DNA from: an uncultured Gammaproteobacteria bacterium
GTDB lineage: Bacteria > Pseudomonadota > Gammaproteobacteria > JABCZS01
Assembly: GCA_963848305.1 (NCBI GenBank)
Contig: CAWKDC010000004.1
Span: forward strand, 1 to 51,504
DNA length: 51,504 nt
Direction of reading: 5' to 3'
The notes beneath the pieces were generated by a model that was not told the origin of the DNA, did not search any database, and was given only the letters and a program-made list of their open reading frames with translations. Positions 19,093 through 28,578 of this stretch are shown here, in pieces. The position numbers and the translations under genes are program-made. Position 1 is the stretch's first letter; every line of letters starts with the position of its first letter.

Positions 19093-20475
19093 CTAGGGGG
19101 ATAGGAGTTGTCGCATCAATGCGATTTCAAACGCGCGCATGGTGTCCTTTTTTAACGTGGTTTGATTCACCATCACCACCACTATCCAAGGACTTGCTTC
19201 AGGTGATTTGAACAAATATCCTGCAATATTCGTGATGTGCCCCATGGCACCGGTTTTGCCGACAAACTTGCCGACCAAATCTTTCGTGGCCATGCGTCCT
19301 GCCAATGTGCCAGATTGACCTCCGCGGGGCAGGGTTTTCATGAAAGTATCTCGAATGAGGGTGTCAGCATATGCACTTTTCAAAACGACGGCGAGTGACT
19401 CAGGCGTTACCATATTATAATTTGATAAACCTGAGCCATCATACAAATTAATGCTGTTGGCCGGCAGTTTTAAGGTATCATACACCAAACGCTCTACTGC
19501 ATAGGCGCCTGCTTGAAAAGTGGCGCGTTGATATTGCTTCAGTCCGACTTGTTTGATCAGTGCATCTGAATAAAGATTATGTGAGCGTTCCAATACGGGT
19601 TCTAATAAGGTGGCCAGCGGATCTGAAACATGTTCTGTGATTAATTGCGCGCCAGCAGGGGTTTTTCCTTCATGAATACCGCCAACGAAAGTGATTTGCT
19701 GCGCCTTCAATTGCGATTCTAGAATTTGTGCCACTCGTTTTGCCGGATTAGCGAGGGCGACCTTCAATGTCACTGGCCCCTTGGTGACGGGCCAACAGCC
19801 GTACAAGGTGAGGTGATTGTTTGCATCCATTGAGGCATTGAATTGACAAAGATTGTCTGATTCAGCATACGACGCAGTTCTTAAGTAGGAAGTGACTGGC
19901 AGGGGAGGGTTGCTTGGGATTTTCCCTTGAATGGCTTTATTGACTTCTGTTGTTGTCAATAATTGTAAACCGACCCAGTTTTCATCAATGATTGCGGCAC
20001 TCACTGGCGCGCCATAATACCATATCAAATCATCTTGCCCCCAACCACGCCCATAAAACGGGGCTGGTACCGTGGTGGTGTCTAACACAATAGGGCCATC
20101 AATGCGGGTAATGCCCGCTGCCTTGATGGCTTTGATGAATGCATTTAAGTCACTGCTTTTGAGGGTTGGGTCGCCTGAGAATTTAATATAAATAGATTTG
20201 TTATCTCTGTAGACGCCTGTTTTAAATGTGAAGTCCGGCCCCAGTGTTTTCAAGGCAGCATAAGCAGTGAAGACTTTGGTTGTACTGGCGGGCGTAAAAT
20301 GTTGCTTGCCATTGATGTTCACCAGCACTTGGCCCGTATCTGCGCGCTCGACCAACACACCGACATGGGCATCGGGAAAGTATTTATGGATCAGCTGTTG
20401 AATGGCGGCTGTGTTCGGAGCGGCGTGGGTGAGGAGGGCGGTGCAGGCAAGGCTTAACATAAACAAAATACGCAT
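19093..20475 (-). CDS. dacB: D-alanyl-D-alanine carboxypeptidase/endopeptidase (PBP4, peptidase S13)
   Basis: PASTTK (SxxK), SHN (SxN), KTG, SGDPTL, DGSGLS. Confidence 0.93.
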   Translation of the reverse strand: MRILFMLSLACTALLTHAAPNTAAIQQLIHKYFPDAHVGVLVERADTGQVLVNINGKQHFTPASTTKVFTAYAALKTLGPDFTFKTGVYRDNKSIYIKFSGDPTLKSSDLNAFIKAIKAAGITRIDGPIVLDTTTVPAPFYGRGWGQDDLIWYYGAPVSAAIIDENWVGLQLLTTTEVNKAIQGKIPSNPPLPVTSYLRTASYAESDNLCQFNASMDANNHLTLYGCWPVTKGPVTLKVALANPAKRVAQILESQLKAQQITFVGGIHEGKTPAGAQLITEHVSDPLATLLEPVLERSHNLYSDALIKQVGLKQYQRATFQAGAYAVERLVYDTLKLPANSINLYDGSGLSNYNMVTPESLAVVLKSAYADTLIRDTFMKTLPRGGQSGTLAGRMATKDLVGKFVGKTGAMGHITNIAGYLFKSPEASPWIVVVMVNQTTLKKDTMRAFEIALMRQLLSP

Positions 20476-20553
20476 GACAAAATCCCTTTGATGACGAGCA
20501 TCTAAGGTTACGCCTTCCCCCAGTTAATTTCAAGTATGTTACAATCGCGAACC

Positions 20554-21927
20554 ATGAAGACGATTAAATCACGATTTGCCCCCAGCCCGACTGGCGCCCT
20601 GCATATTGGCAGCGTGCGCACAGCTTTGTTTGCCTATTTGGCGGCGAAACACCATCAAGGCCAGTTTGTCTTGCGGATTGAAGACACGGACGGTGAGCGT
20701 TCCACCAAAGCTTCTGCGGATGGCATTTTAGAAGCCATGGCTTGGTTGTCTCTGTTGCCCGATGAAGGTGCCTGATTATCAGTCTGATCGATTAGCTCGC
20801 TACCGCGAGATTGGCGATGAGTTGCTCGAGAAAAATTTGGCGTACCGCTGCTATTGCAGCAAAGAACGTTTAGAAGTGTTACGGGAAGGGCAGATTGAGC
20901 GCAAAGAAAAGGCCCGTTATGATGGTTTGTGTCGAGACTTGAAAGGTGACAGCTCGGCTCCCCATGTCCTGCGTTTTAAAACACCTGCCACAGGTGCTAT
21001 TACGTTTGTCGATTGCGTGCGTGGGCCTATCACGGTGGACAATCAAGAACTAGATGATCTCGTGTTGATCCGTCAAGATGGTATGCCGACGTATAATTTT
21101 GCAGTGGTCGTGGATGATCATGACATGGCGATCACACACGTGATCCGCGGCGATGATCACATCAATAATACACCCCGTCAATTGCATTTGTTCAAAGCAT
21201 TGGGTTGGAATGAACCCATTTACGGCCATATCCCGATGATTTTGGGGGAAGATGGTAAACGTTTATCCAAGCGTCACGGCGCACTGAATGTTTTAGAATA
21301 CCGCGATGCAGGGTTTTTACCGGAAGCTGTGTTGAATTATTTGGTGCGTTTAGGTTGGTCACATAAAGATCAAGAAATATTTAGCTTATCTGAGATGGTC
21401 AACTTGTTTGATATGAATCATTTGTCTCATTCGCCTGCGGCATTGAATATGCAAAAGCTAGAGTGGCTGAATCAGCATTATATGCGCAGCATGCCGCTTG
21501 ATGAATTGGCACGGCGTGCGCGGCCCTTCTTTAAAGTATTGGATTTGAATGTGGCACAAGGCCCCGCATTGGTCGATGTGCTGGCTTTGCAAGTCGAACG
21601 CTGCAAAACATTGAAAGAGTTGGCTGATCATTCACGGTTCTTTTACGAAAAACCTGTTAGGGATACGGATGCTCAGGCGAAACTGGATAACCCTAAATCC
21701 CCTGAGATTTTGTCTGCTGCTTTGGCTGTGTTCCGGGATACAGATTTCACCCCTGATGCCTTGAAGGCGGCCTTGTCAGCCCTGTGCCAACAGCTGGGCA
21801 TGAAGATGGGCGAGGTGCGCCCGTCTTGCGTGCGGCCATCACGGGTACCTTACATTCCCCCTCGTTGGATAAGACGCTGGCGCTGTTGGGGAAGGATGAG
21901 GTCTGTCGGCGTTTGACGCATCTTTAA
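20554..21927 (+). CDS. gltX: Glutamate--tRNA ligase (two apparent frameshifts at ~20770 and ~21820)
   Basis: [31 protein letters not shown]; the C-terminus continues in another frame as [15 protein letters not shown]. Confidence 0.95.
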
Positions 21928-21976
21928 TCTGCTGCCCTACCACATTATTTTTTTTACGTTTTTCGCTTTAAACCGC

Positions 21977-22005
21977 TTGACACGTGCTTGGATGCTGGAT
22001 AAAAT
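21977..22005 (+). promoter_or_regulatory. sigma70 promoter of the tRNA pair
   Basis: TTGACA-N17-TAAAAT. Confidence 0.8.
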
Positions 22006-22017
22006 GGGCACGTTTTC

Positions 22018-22090
<73 letters not shown>

Positions 22091-22145
22091 GTGAGTGAAA
22101 ACTCGAAAACATCGCGTCTCGATACAAAGGAGCGATTTAAACGAC

Positions 22146-22221
22146 GTCCCCATCGTCTAGAGGCCTAGGACACTGCCCTTTCACGGCGGTAACAGGGGTT
22201 CGAACCCCCTTGGGGACGCCA
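22146..22221 (+). tRNA. tRNA-Glu(TTC)
   Basis: GTCCCCATCGTCTAGAGGCCTAGGACA-CTGCC-CTTTCAC-GGCGG...GGGGACGCCA. Confidence 0.97.
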
Positions 22222-22342
22222 ATCTAATTTAACAAATATAAGTAGATTGGCGCTTAGCGTGCAAAATGTCACTTCTTCCCATTCTCCTTATCCCTTTATG
22301 CCATCTTATGCTACATTTATCTATGAGCAAGGAGGCCATTCT

Positions 22343-22486
22343 ATGTCCACACAAGCACGGGTCAAACGCTTAAAGACAGCTATCGCCGAAGGGAAGCATC
22401 CGCTACAACAACCAATTGAAAAACGGCAAAAACGCGCTCAGCAAGTCGCTGATAAAATCATTGCGCTTGCCCAAAAGGAAAAATAA
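22343..22486 (+). CDS. flgM: Minimal FlgM-like anti-sigma28 factor (47 aa)
   Basis: [20 protein letters not shown]...VADKII resembles the FlgM C-terminal motif (RVxxLKxAIxxG...IADKL). Two genes upstream of fliA; TAATG overlap with the next gene. Confidence 0.65.
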   Translation: MSTQARVKRLKTAIAEGKHPLQQPIEKRQKRAQQVADKIIALAQKEK

Positions 22487-23505
22487 TGAGTTTTATTCCA
22501 AGTCTGATTGAATCCTTTTTGGTGGGACAAACACCCATCATTGAAGCCACCCGCCGATTGATTGCCCAGGTTGCCAAGACCGAAGCCACGGTTCTTATTC
22601 TAGGAGGGTCTGGCACCGGCAAAGAAATGGTCGCGCGTGCGATCCATGCGTCTTCATTGCGCAAGCAGGGTCCATTCATCGCAGTGAATTGCGGTGCGAT
22701 TCCAGCTGAATTATTAGAAAGCGAATTGTTTGGTCATGAAAAGGGTGCATTCACCGGCGCTCATGCTGCCAGAGCGGGTCGATTTGAGCAGGCTGAAGGC
22801 GGCACATTGTTTTTGGATGAGATTGGCGATATGCCCTTGCCCATGCAAGTGAAGCTACTGCGTGTTTTGCAAGAAAGAAGTTTTGAGCGCGTTGGCGGCA
22901 ACAAGACTTACAGCGCAAACGTCAGAATTTTGGCGGCTACGCACCGGAATTTGGAAGAAAAAATTGCTGATGGTTTGTTTCGTGAAGATTTATTCTACCG
23001 CCTGAATGTTTTCCCCATCACATTGCCCTTATTGCGCGATCGTTCGAGCGATATCCCATTATTAATCAAAACATTCTTAGAAAAATATCAAGAAGAACAT
23101 CAAGTTACCGTGACGTTGACTGACGCTGCCCTGAGTGCGCTTTGCCAGTATTCCTGGCCCGGCAATATTCGGCAGTTGGTGAATGTGATGGAACGTTTGA
23201 CCATTTTGTATCCTAATCAACCGGTTGATGCGAAGGATTTGCCGGAAGATATTCAAGGAACCTGGGTGCCGGCCGATTCTCCGTTATTATCGAAGAACTT
23301 CCAAACGGTCATTCAAGCCTTTCCTGATAAAGGACTTCACTTGAAGGAGTACTTAGAAGGGCTAGAGGTGCATTTTATCGTTCAGGCGCTGGCTTTATCG
23401 AAAGGTGTGGTAGCGCGCGCGGCAGACTTGTTAAACATGCGTCGCACAACACTGGTTGAAAAGATGCGGAAATACCACATAGATCGGCAACGCAATATTT
23501 TATAG
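22486..23505 (+). CDS. fleQ: FleQ/FlrA-like sigma54 enhancer-binding protein lacking the N-terminal domain
   Basis: [38 protein letters not shown]; FleQ-type [27 protein letters not shown]. Confidence 0.8.
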   Translation: MSFIPSLIESFLVGQTPIIEATRRLIAQVAKTEATVLILGGSGTGKEMVARAIHASSLRKQGPFIAVNCGAIPAELLESELFGHEKGAFTGAHAARAGRFEQAEGGTLFLDEIGDMPLPMQVKLLRVLQERSFERVGGNKTYSANVRILAATHRNLEEKIADGLFREDLFYRLNVFPITLPLLRDRSSDIPLLIKTFLEKYQEEHQVTVTLTDAALSALCQYSWPGNIRQLVNVMERLTILYPNQPVDAKDLPEDIQGTWVPADSPLLSKNFQTVIQAFPDKGLHLKEYLEGLEVHFIVQALALSKGVVARAADLLNMRRTTLVEKMRKYHIDRQRNIL

Positions 23506-23531
23506 TGATTAGCTTAACAACTTTCTCAAAC

Positions 23532-23602
23532 ATGGCGTCAATAAAACGACGCCATTTTTTTAAATCAGATAATTAGCCGAGTCACTCAGTCAAAATGATG
23601 GC
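23532..23602. promoter_or_regulatory. Two putative FleQ-type upstream activator boxes
   Basis: ATGGC-GTCAATAAAACGAC-GCCAT palindrome (23532-23555) and GTCAAAATGATGGC (23589-23602), resembling the GTCA-N6-TGAC FleQ box, 65-135 bp upstream of a sigma54 site. Confidence 0.55.
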
Positions 23603-23667
23603 GCTCTCGCCATGGATATATCCTTCAACGAGATCTTTAATCATGTAAAACAAAAGATTGCACAGTG

Positions 23668-23683
23668 TGGCACACTTTTTGCA
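23668..23683 (+). promoter_or_regulatory. sigma54 (-24/-12) promoter of fliA
   Basis: TGGCAC-ACTTT-TTGCA, a consensus match. Confidence 0.85.
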
Positions 23684-23709
23684 TGTATATCAAGTGGAGG
23701 AATAATACC

Positions 23710-24408
23710 ATGAACGATGTACAATCTTTTGACTTTGTGGCCCAATATGAGTCACTCGTGAAGCGCATTGCCTATCATTTGACGGGCCGCTTGCCCTCTC
23801 ACATTGCTGTGCAGGACATGATCCAAGCCGGTATGATCGGTTTGCTGGAAGCGCGAAGTCATTTTCAAGCGGATAAAGGGGCGAGCTTTGAAACCTTTGC
23901 CAGTATCCGAATCCGTGGCGCGATGCTAGACGAGTTACGACGCGGCGACTGGGCGCCTCGCTCTGTGCACCGTGCGGGCAGAGAGATTGCGGAAGTGATC
24001 CGCCAAATTGAACAAAAAACTGGACAAGATGCCAAAGACGGTGAGATTGCCCGTGCGTTAGGCATGACGCTTGGTGAGTATCATCAATTGCTGACGGATA
24101 CGATGAATGTGCGTGTCATTTCATTTGATGAAGATGGCGCGAATGAAGACAACATTGCCCGTGGCCTGTATGCGAACCTGATGGCACCGCATGAATGTGT
24201 TGCCAAGACCCGTTTTCGTCAAGATTTGGCTGAGCAAATTGCGAAGCTGCCTGAACGTGAGCGTTTGGTGATTGATATGTATTATCAAGAAGAATTGACG
24301 TTGAAGGAAATCGGCGAAGTGTTGTCGGTGACCGAGTCGCGCGTGTGTCAGATCCATGCAGCGGCGATATTACGCTTGAAGGCGAGATTGGTAGACTGGA
24401 CAATATAA
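23710..24408 (+). CDS. fliA: RNA polymerase sigma factor FliA (sigma28)
   Basis: LVKRIAYHL, DMIQAGMIGLLEA, RIRGAMLDELRRGDWAPRS, LTLKEIGEVLSVTESRVCQIH. Confidence 0.95.
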   Translation: MNDVQSFDFVAQYESLVKRIAYHLTGRLPSHIAVQDMIQAGMIGLLEARSHFQADKGASFETFASIRIRGAMLDELRRGDWAPRSVHRAGREIAEVIRQIEQKTGQDAKDGEIARALGMTLGEYHQLLTDTMNVRVISFDEDGANEDNIARGLYANLMAPHECVAKTRFRQDLAEQIAKLPERERLVIDMYYQEELTLKEIGEVLSVTESRVCQIHAAAILRLKARLVDWTI

Positions 24409-24426
24409 TAAGCAGCCTTCAAACGT

Positions 24427-24469
24427 GTCATCCCGGAAAAACCGCCTTCTAGGCGGTTTTATCCGGGAA
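24427..24469. repeat. GTCATCCCGG-family REP-like palindrome, probably also the terminator between convergent genes
   Basis: TCCCGGA-AAAACCGCC-TTCTA-GGCGGTTTT-ATCCGGGA; same outer stem as 29980-30020. Confidence 0.65.
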
Positions 24470-24476
24470 CCAGGAA

Positions 24477-24737
24477 TTAGTTTTCATGCGGGGTGATCGC
24501 AACAATACTCAACGCATGAATCTCTTTCCCAATCATCCCTCCGACCACGGCATAGACTTTTTGATGTCGCGCCACACGGGATAAGCCTTCAAACTCGGGT
24601 GATACAATTTTAACGTCAAAATACCCACCGCCGGTGTTTCCACGGTGACCAGCATGGGCAGCGCTTTGATCAATGACTTCAATCGAGGTAGTGTTGATGT
24701 GTTGCGCTAGGCGTGTTCGCAATTGATCAGCTGTCAT
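24477..24737 (-). CDS. bolA: BolA family protein
   Basis: DQSAAHAGH, IVSPEFEGLSRVARHQKVY, IHALSI. Confidence 0.92.
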   Translation of the reverse strand: MTADQLRTRLAQHINTTSIEVIDQSAAHAGHRGNTGGGYFDVKIVSPEFEGLSRVARHQKVYAVVGGMIGKEIHALSIVAITPHEN

Positions 24738-25273
24738 TTTGTGCCTCCTGATTTCAGGTGCGATGCAAGCCATAACCCTTGCAAAACCAAAAACAACAGC
24801 AACAATGACATCATGCCAAATAATTTAAAATAAACCCAAGTATCTGTGCTAAACGTATAAGCCACCAACAAGTTTAACCCTGCAACACTCAGGAAAAACC
24901 CGCACCAAAGGTAATCGAGCTGGCTCCAGATCCGGGCGGGCAACTGAACCGCATGTCCCAATAATTTTTGCATGGCAGAAGATTTTGTCCAGGTGCGTGT
25001 GATAACAATAGCCGCAGCAAATAAGACGTAAATCACGGAAGGCTTCCATTTGAAAAAGAGTTCATTCTGAAAAACCAATGACATGCCGCCCAAGACGACG
25101 ACAGAAAAGTAGGTGAGCAGTTCAAGCTTAGTGATCGGCTTGCGCAAGTAAAACATCACCAGCAATTGGGCTGTATAGAGCACCATGGCGACGCCGATGG
25201 CGACATACATGCCCTCAAAATAGTAGGCCAGGAAAAAAATGACCAAAATACACAGTTCTGCAACCAATTTCAT
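24734..25273 (-). CDS. yciB: Inner-membrane septation protein A (YciB/IspZ)
   Basis: FFKWKPSVIY, WVYFKLFG, five hydrophobic segments. Confidence 0.9.
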   Translation of the reverse strand: MKLVAELCILVIFFLAYYFEGMYVAIGVAMVLYTAQLLVMFYLRKPITKLELLTYFSVVVLGGMSLVFQNELFFKWKPSVIYVLFAAAIVITRTWTKSSAMQKLLGHAVQLPARIWSQLDYLWCGFFLSVAGLNLLVAYTFSTDTWVYFKLFGMMSLLLLFLVLQGLWLASHLKSGGTK

Positions 25274-25347
25274 GTATGCCGCCTTAGGTGAATGCCCGAA
25301 TGGGAACATTATATATGATATAATCCCGCCCGGGTAAGGAGAAAATC

Positions 25348-26349
25348 ATGGCGAAAAAAAGGGTGTTATCGGGCATGCGTGCCACAGGGTCAATGCACCT
25401 GGGTCACCTGCATGGCGTATTAAAGAACTGGGTTAAGATGCAAGAAGAGTACCACTGCGTCTTTTTAGTGGCAGACTGGCATGCGCTGACCACCCACTAC
25501 GCTGACCGCCTTGATCTCAACGCCATTGTGAAAGACATGTTGCTTACCTGGTTATCCGTCGGGATTGATCCTTCCAAGGCTCATATTGCCGTTCAATCCT
25601 TGATTCCTGAACATGCCGTTCTGCATGTGCTTTTATCCATGATGACGCCGCTATCCTGGCTGGAGCGTGTCCCGACATATAAAGATCAACAACAAAAGCT
25701 TCAGGACAAAGACTTGTCGACATATGGCTTTTTGGGCTACCCCTTGCTTCAAACCGCTGACATCTTGATTTATCAAGCGAATGCCGTGCCTGTCGGGGAA
25801 GATCAAATCCCCCATATCGAATTTTGTCGTGAAGTGGCTCGCCGATTCAACTATATATATGGTGAAGGCACGTTGATTGAACCGCAATACATGCTCACGA
25901 AGGCGTCCAGAATGCCAGGCTTAGATGGTCAAAAAATGTCAAAATCCTATCACAATACGATTTCGCTGAAAGCCACACCTGACGAAGTGGCCCATGCCGT
26001 CAAAACCATGCCGACTGATCCGGCCCGTGTGCGCCGCAGTGATCCTGGTACCCCTGAAAAATGCCCGGTTTGGGCCTTTCATCAAACTTATTCTGATGAC
26101 AAAACGCAAGCTTGGGTTCAGCAGGGCTGTACGACCGCCGGTATTGGTTGCTTAGAATGCAAGCGCCCTGTGATTGATGCCATCAATGCTGAATTGGCAC
26201 CTATTCAGGCGAAGCGAGCTGAACTTGAAGCGCAACCAGATCGACTGAAGGCCATCGTTGCGGAAGGCACTGCATCAGCCCGTGCGATTGCGCAAGACAC
26301 CTTAAAGAAAGTCAATCACGTGATGGGCCTTGATTATGCCGAGTTTTAG
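25348..26349 (+). CDS. trpS: Tryptophan--tRNA ligase
   Basis: SGMRATGSMHLGH, YPLLQTADIL, VPVGEDQ, KMSKS. Confidence 0.97.
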   Translation: MAKKRVLSGMRATGSMHLGHLHGVLKNWVKMQEEYHCVFLVADWHALTTHYADRLDLNAIVKDMLLTWLSVGIDPSKAHIAVQSLIPEHAVLHVLLSMMTPLSWLERVPTYKDQQQKLQDKDLSTYGFLGYPLLQTADILIYQANAVPVGEDQIPHIEFCREVARRFNYIYGEGTLIEPQYMLTKASRMPGLDGQKMSKSYHNTISLKATPDEVAHAVKTMPTDPARVRRSDPGTPEKCPVWAFHQTYSDDKTQAWVQQGCTTAGIGCLECKRPVIDAINAELAPIQAKRAELEAQPDRLKAIVAEGTASARAIAQDTLKKVNHVMGLDYAEF

Positions 26350-26364
26350 CTATACTGGATCACT

Positions 26365-27171
26365 ATGATAGATGGAAACACCGAACTTACCCCAGTGAAC
26401 GAATTTCATGTCCGTGTGAAAGGGCAGGTATTCGTTGACATGCCAAAGGATTTGTACATCCCGCCGGATGCGCTTGAGGTTTTTTTGGATGCATTTGAAG
26501 TGCCCCTCGATTTATTGCTTTATCTTATTCGGCGTCATAACTTGGATATTCTTGATATTCCTATTGCACAAGTCACCGAACAATATTTAAAATATGTCGA
26601 TGTCATGCGCACATTCCAATTGGAATTGGCGGGAGAATATTTGGTGATGGCGGCGATGTTGGCTGAAATCAAATCACGCATGCTCTTGCCGCGATCGCCT
26701 GATGCGGAAGAAGAGGAGCACGATCCCCGTGCAGAACTCGTTCGACGCCTGCAATTGTATGAACAATTCAAACAAGCTGCACAGGATTTAGACGATTTGC
26801 CCCGCTTAGATCGCGATACATTCCCCGCCAAAGCATTGATGCCGGAATTCAGCGCGCCCAAACAGCATCCGCCGGTTGCCTTGCAAGAATTATTATTTGC
26901 GTTAAGTGATGTATTGAAACGTGTCGACATGAACAGCCAGCACCATATTCAATTCGAAACGCTCACGGTGCGTGAAGCGATGGCATTTGTGTTAGATGCT
27001 TTGAATCCGCAAGATTTTACACCATTCGAGCAGTTGTTCCGTCCAGATACCGGGCGCCTGGGCGTGATTGTCACATTCCTAGCCTTGCTTGAATTGCTGC
27101 GTGAATCCATGATTGAATTGGTTCAAGCAGAAGCATTCGGGCCTATCCATGTGAGGGCGATTCAATGTTAA
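26365..27171 (+). CDS. scpA: Segregation and condensation protein A
   Basis: PLDLLLYLI, EYLVMAAMLAEIKSRMLLP, TFLALLEL. Confidence 0.95.
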   Translation: MIDGNTELTPVNEFHVRVKGQVFVDMPKDLYIPPDALEVFLDAFEVPLDLLLYLIRRHNLDILDIPIAQVTEQYLKYVDVMRTFQLELAGEYLVMAAMLAEIKSRMLLPRSPDAEEEEHDPRAELVRRLQLYEQFKQAAQDLDDLPRLDRDTFPAKALMPEFSAPKQHPPVALQELLFALSDVLKRVDMNSQHHIQFETLTVREAMAFVLDALNPQDFTPFEQLFRPDTGRLGVIVTFLALLELLRESMIELVQAEAFGPIHVRAIQC

Positions 27172-27758
27172 CGTTAACCGCAGAGAAAATTCAATTTATT
27201 TTAGAAGGCGCTTTATTTGCTGCAGACAAACCACTGACGATCGCACAGTTGTCGACATTGTTTGAAGAGCATGAACGTCCTGCCGCATCTGAAATTAAAT
27301 CAGCCCTCGATGTGTTAACAGCAGAATATCAGTCTCGCGGTGTGCGTTTACTGTCTTTAGCGGAAGGTTTTGTATTCCGGGTATGTCCTGATTATGCGCC
27401 TTGGGTCAGTCGCTTGTGGGAAGAGAAACCCCAAAAATACACACGTGCTTTTTTAGAAACCTTGGCGATCATTGCGTATCGCCAACCCGTGACGCGCGGC
27501 GAGATTGAGTCAATTCGTGGTGTCGCCGTCAATCCCAATATTTTAAAAACATTGATTGAGCGTGAGTGGATCCGCGTGGTAGGCCATAAAGATGTGCCTG
27601 GCCGCCCTGAATTATTGGCCACCACGAAATCATTTTTATCGTATTTTAATTTAGACAGCCTCAATGCCTTGCCTCCTTTATCTGAAGTGCAAAATTTAGA
27701 TGAAGCAGCACTGGCGCTTGAGTCTCTTGAACCTCCTGAAGTCGTTGAACAATCATAA
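27165..27758 (+). CDS. scpB: SMC-Scp complex subunit ScpB
   Basis: LETLAIIAYRQPVTRGEIESIRGV, PGRP. Confidence 0.95.
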   Translation: MLTLTAEKIQFILEGALFAADKPLTIAQLSTLFEEHERPAASEIKSALDVLTAEYQSRGVRLLSLAEGFVFRVCPDYAPWVSRLWEEKPQKYTRAFLETLAIIAYRQPVTRGEIESIRGVAVNPNILKTLIEREWIRVVGHKDVPGRPELLATTKSFLSYFNLDSLNALPPLSEVQNLDEAALALESLEPPEVVEQS

Positions 27759-27771
27759 GGCAGTTTTTCTG

Positions 27772-28506
27772 ATGTCCATCAAAATCCAAAAATTCCTGGC
27801 TGATGCCGGCGTGGCCTCGCGCCGTGAAATCGAACGCATGATAGAGGCGGGGATGATCACGGTCAACCGTGAACGCGCACACGTTGGGCAACGCATCCAT
27901 GGGGATGAAAAAATCGCCATCAATGGCAAGCCCTTGCGAACAGAATCATCTGATAAAACAGAAGTGATTTTGTACCACAAGCCTGAGGGTATTGTGTGCA
28001 CGCGCAAAGATGAAGAGGGTCGTGAAACGGTGTTCGATCATTTGCCGCGCCCTAAGTCAGGGCGTTGGATCATGGTGGGGCGATTGGATATCAATACATC
28101 AGGTTTATTGTTGTTCACAAATAATGGGGATTTGGCAAACCGTTTGATGCATCCATCTTCAGACATTGAGCGTGAATATGCTGTGCGTGTGTATGGTCAA
28201 GTCAGTGATGAAATTTTGCAGCAACTCGTCGATGGTGTTGAATTGGAAGATGGTTTCTCTCGATTTATTCGCGTATTCGATGCTGGCGGAGAAGGGCGTA
28301 ATCATTGGTATCACGTGGTGTTGAACCGTGGTCGTAACCGTGAAGTGCGTCGTTTGTGGGAATCGCAAGGCGTGGCGGTCAGTCGTTTGATCCGCGTCCG
28401 TTTTGGTGTGTTTGTCCTGCCTCCCCGATTAAAGAAAGGGAATTGTGTGAGATTTACTGAAGATGACATGAAAGAGTTGCGCGAAATGTTGGATGGTCGT
28501 AGATAA
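27772..28506 (+). CDS. rluB: 23S rRNA pseudouridine synthase B
   Basis: S4 domain QKFLADAGVASRRE; VGRLDINTSGLLL; GRNREVRR; follows scpAB. Confidence 0.92.
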   Translation: MSIKIQKFLADAGVASRREIERMIEAGMITVNRERAHVGQRIHGDEKIAINGKPLRTESSDKTEVILYHKPEGIVCTRKDEEGRETVFDHLPRPKSGRWIMVGRLDINTSGLLLFTNNGDLANRLMHPSSDIEREYAVRVYGQVSDEILQQLVDGVELEDGFSRFIRVFDAGGEGRNHWYHVVLNRGRNREVRRLWESQGVAVSRLIRVRFGVFVLPPRLKKGNCVRFTEDDMKELREMLDGRR

Positions 28507-28578
28507 TACATATTGCTTTTAAAAATAAAATCTGCAAAGATACTCCCTGTTGGAGAATATTAAAACCGGGAGTGTTGC

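Noticed and set aside
22222-22342. sigma28 promoter upstream of flgM (feedback loop)
   Set aside because: No TAAA-N15-GCCGATAA-like match found by eye.
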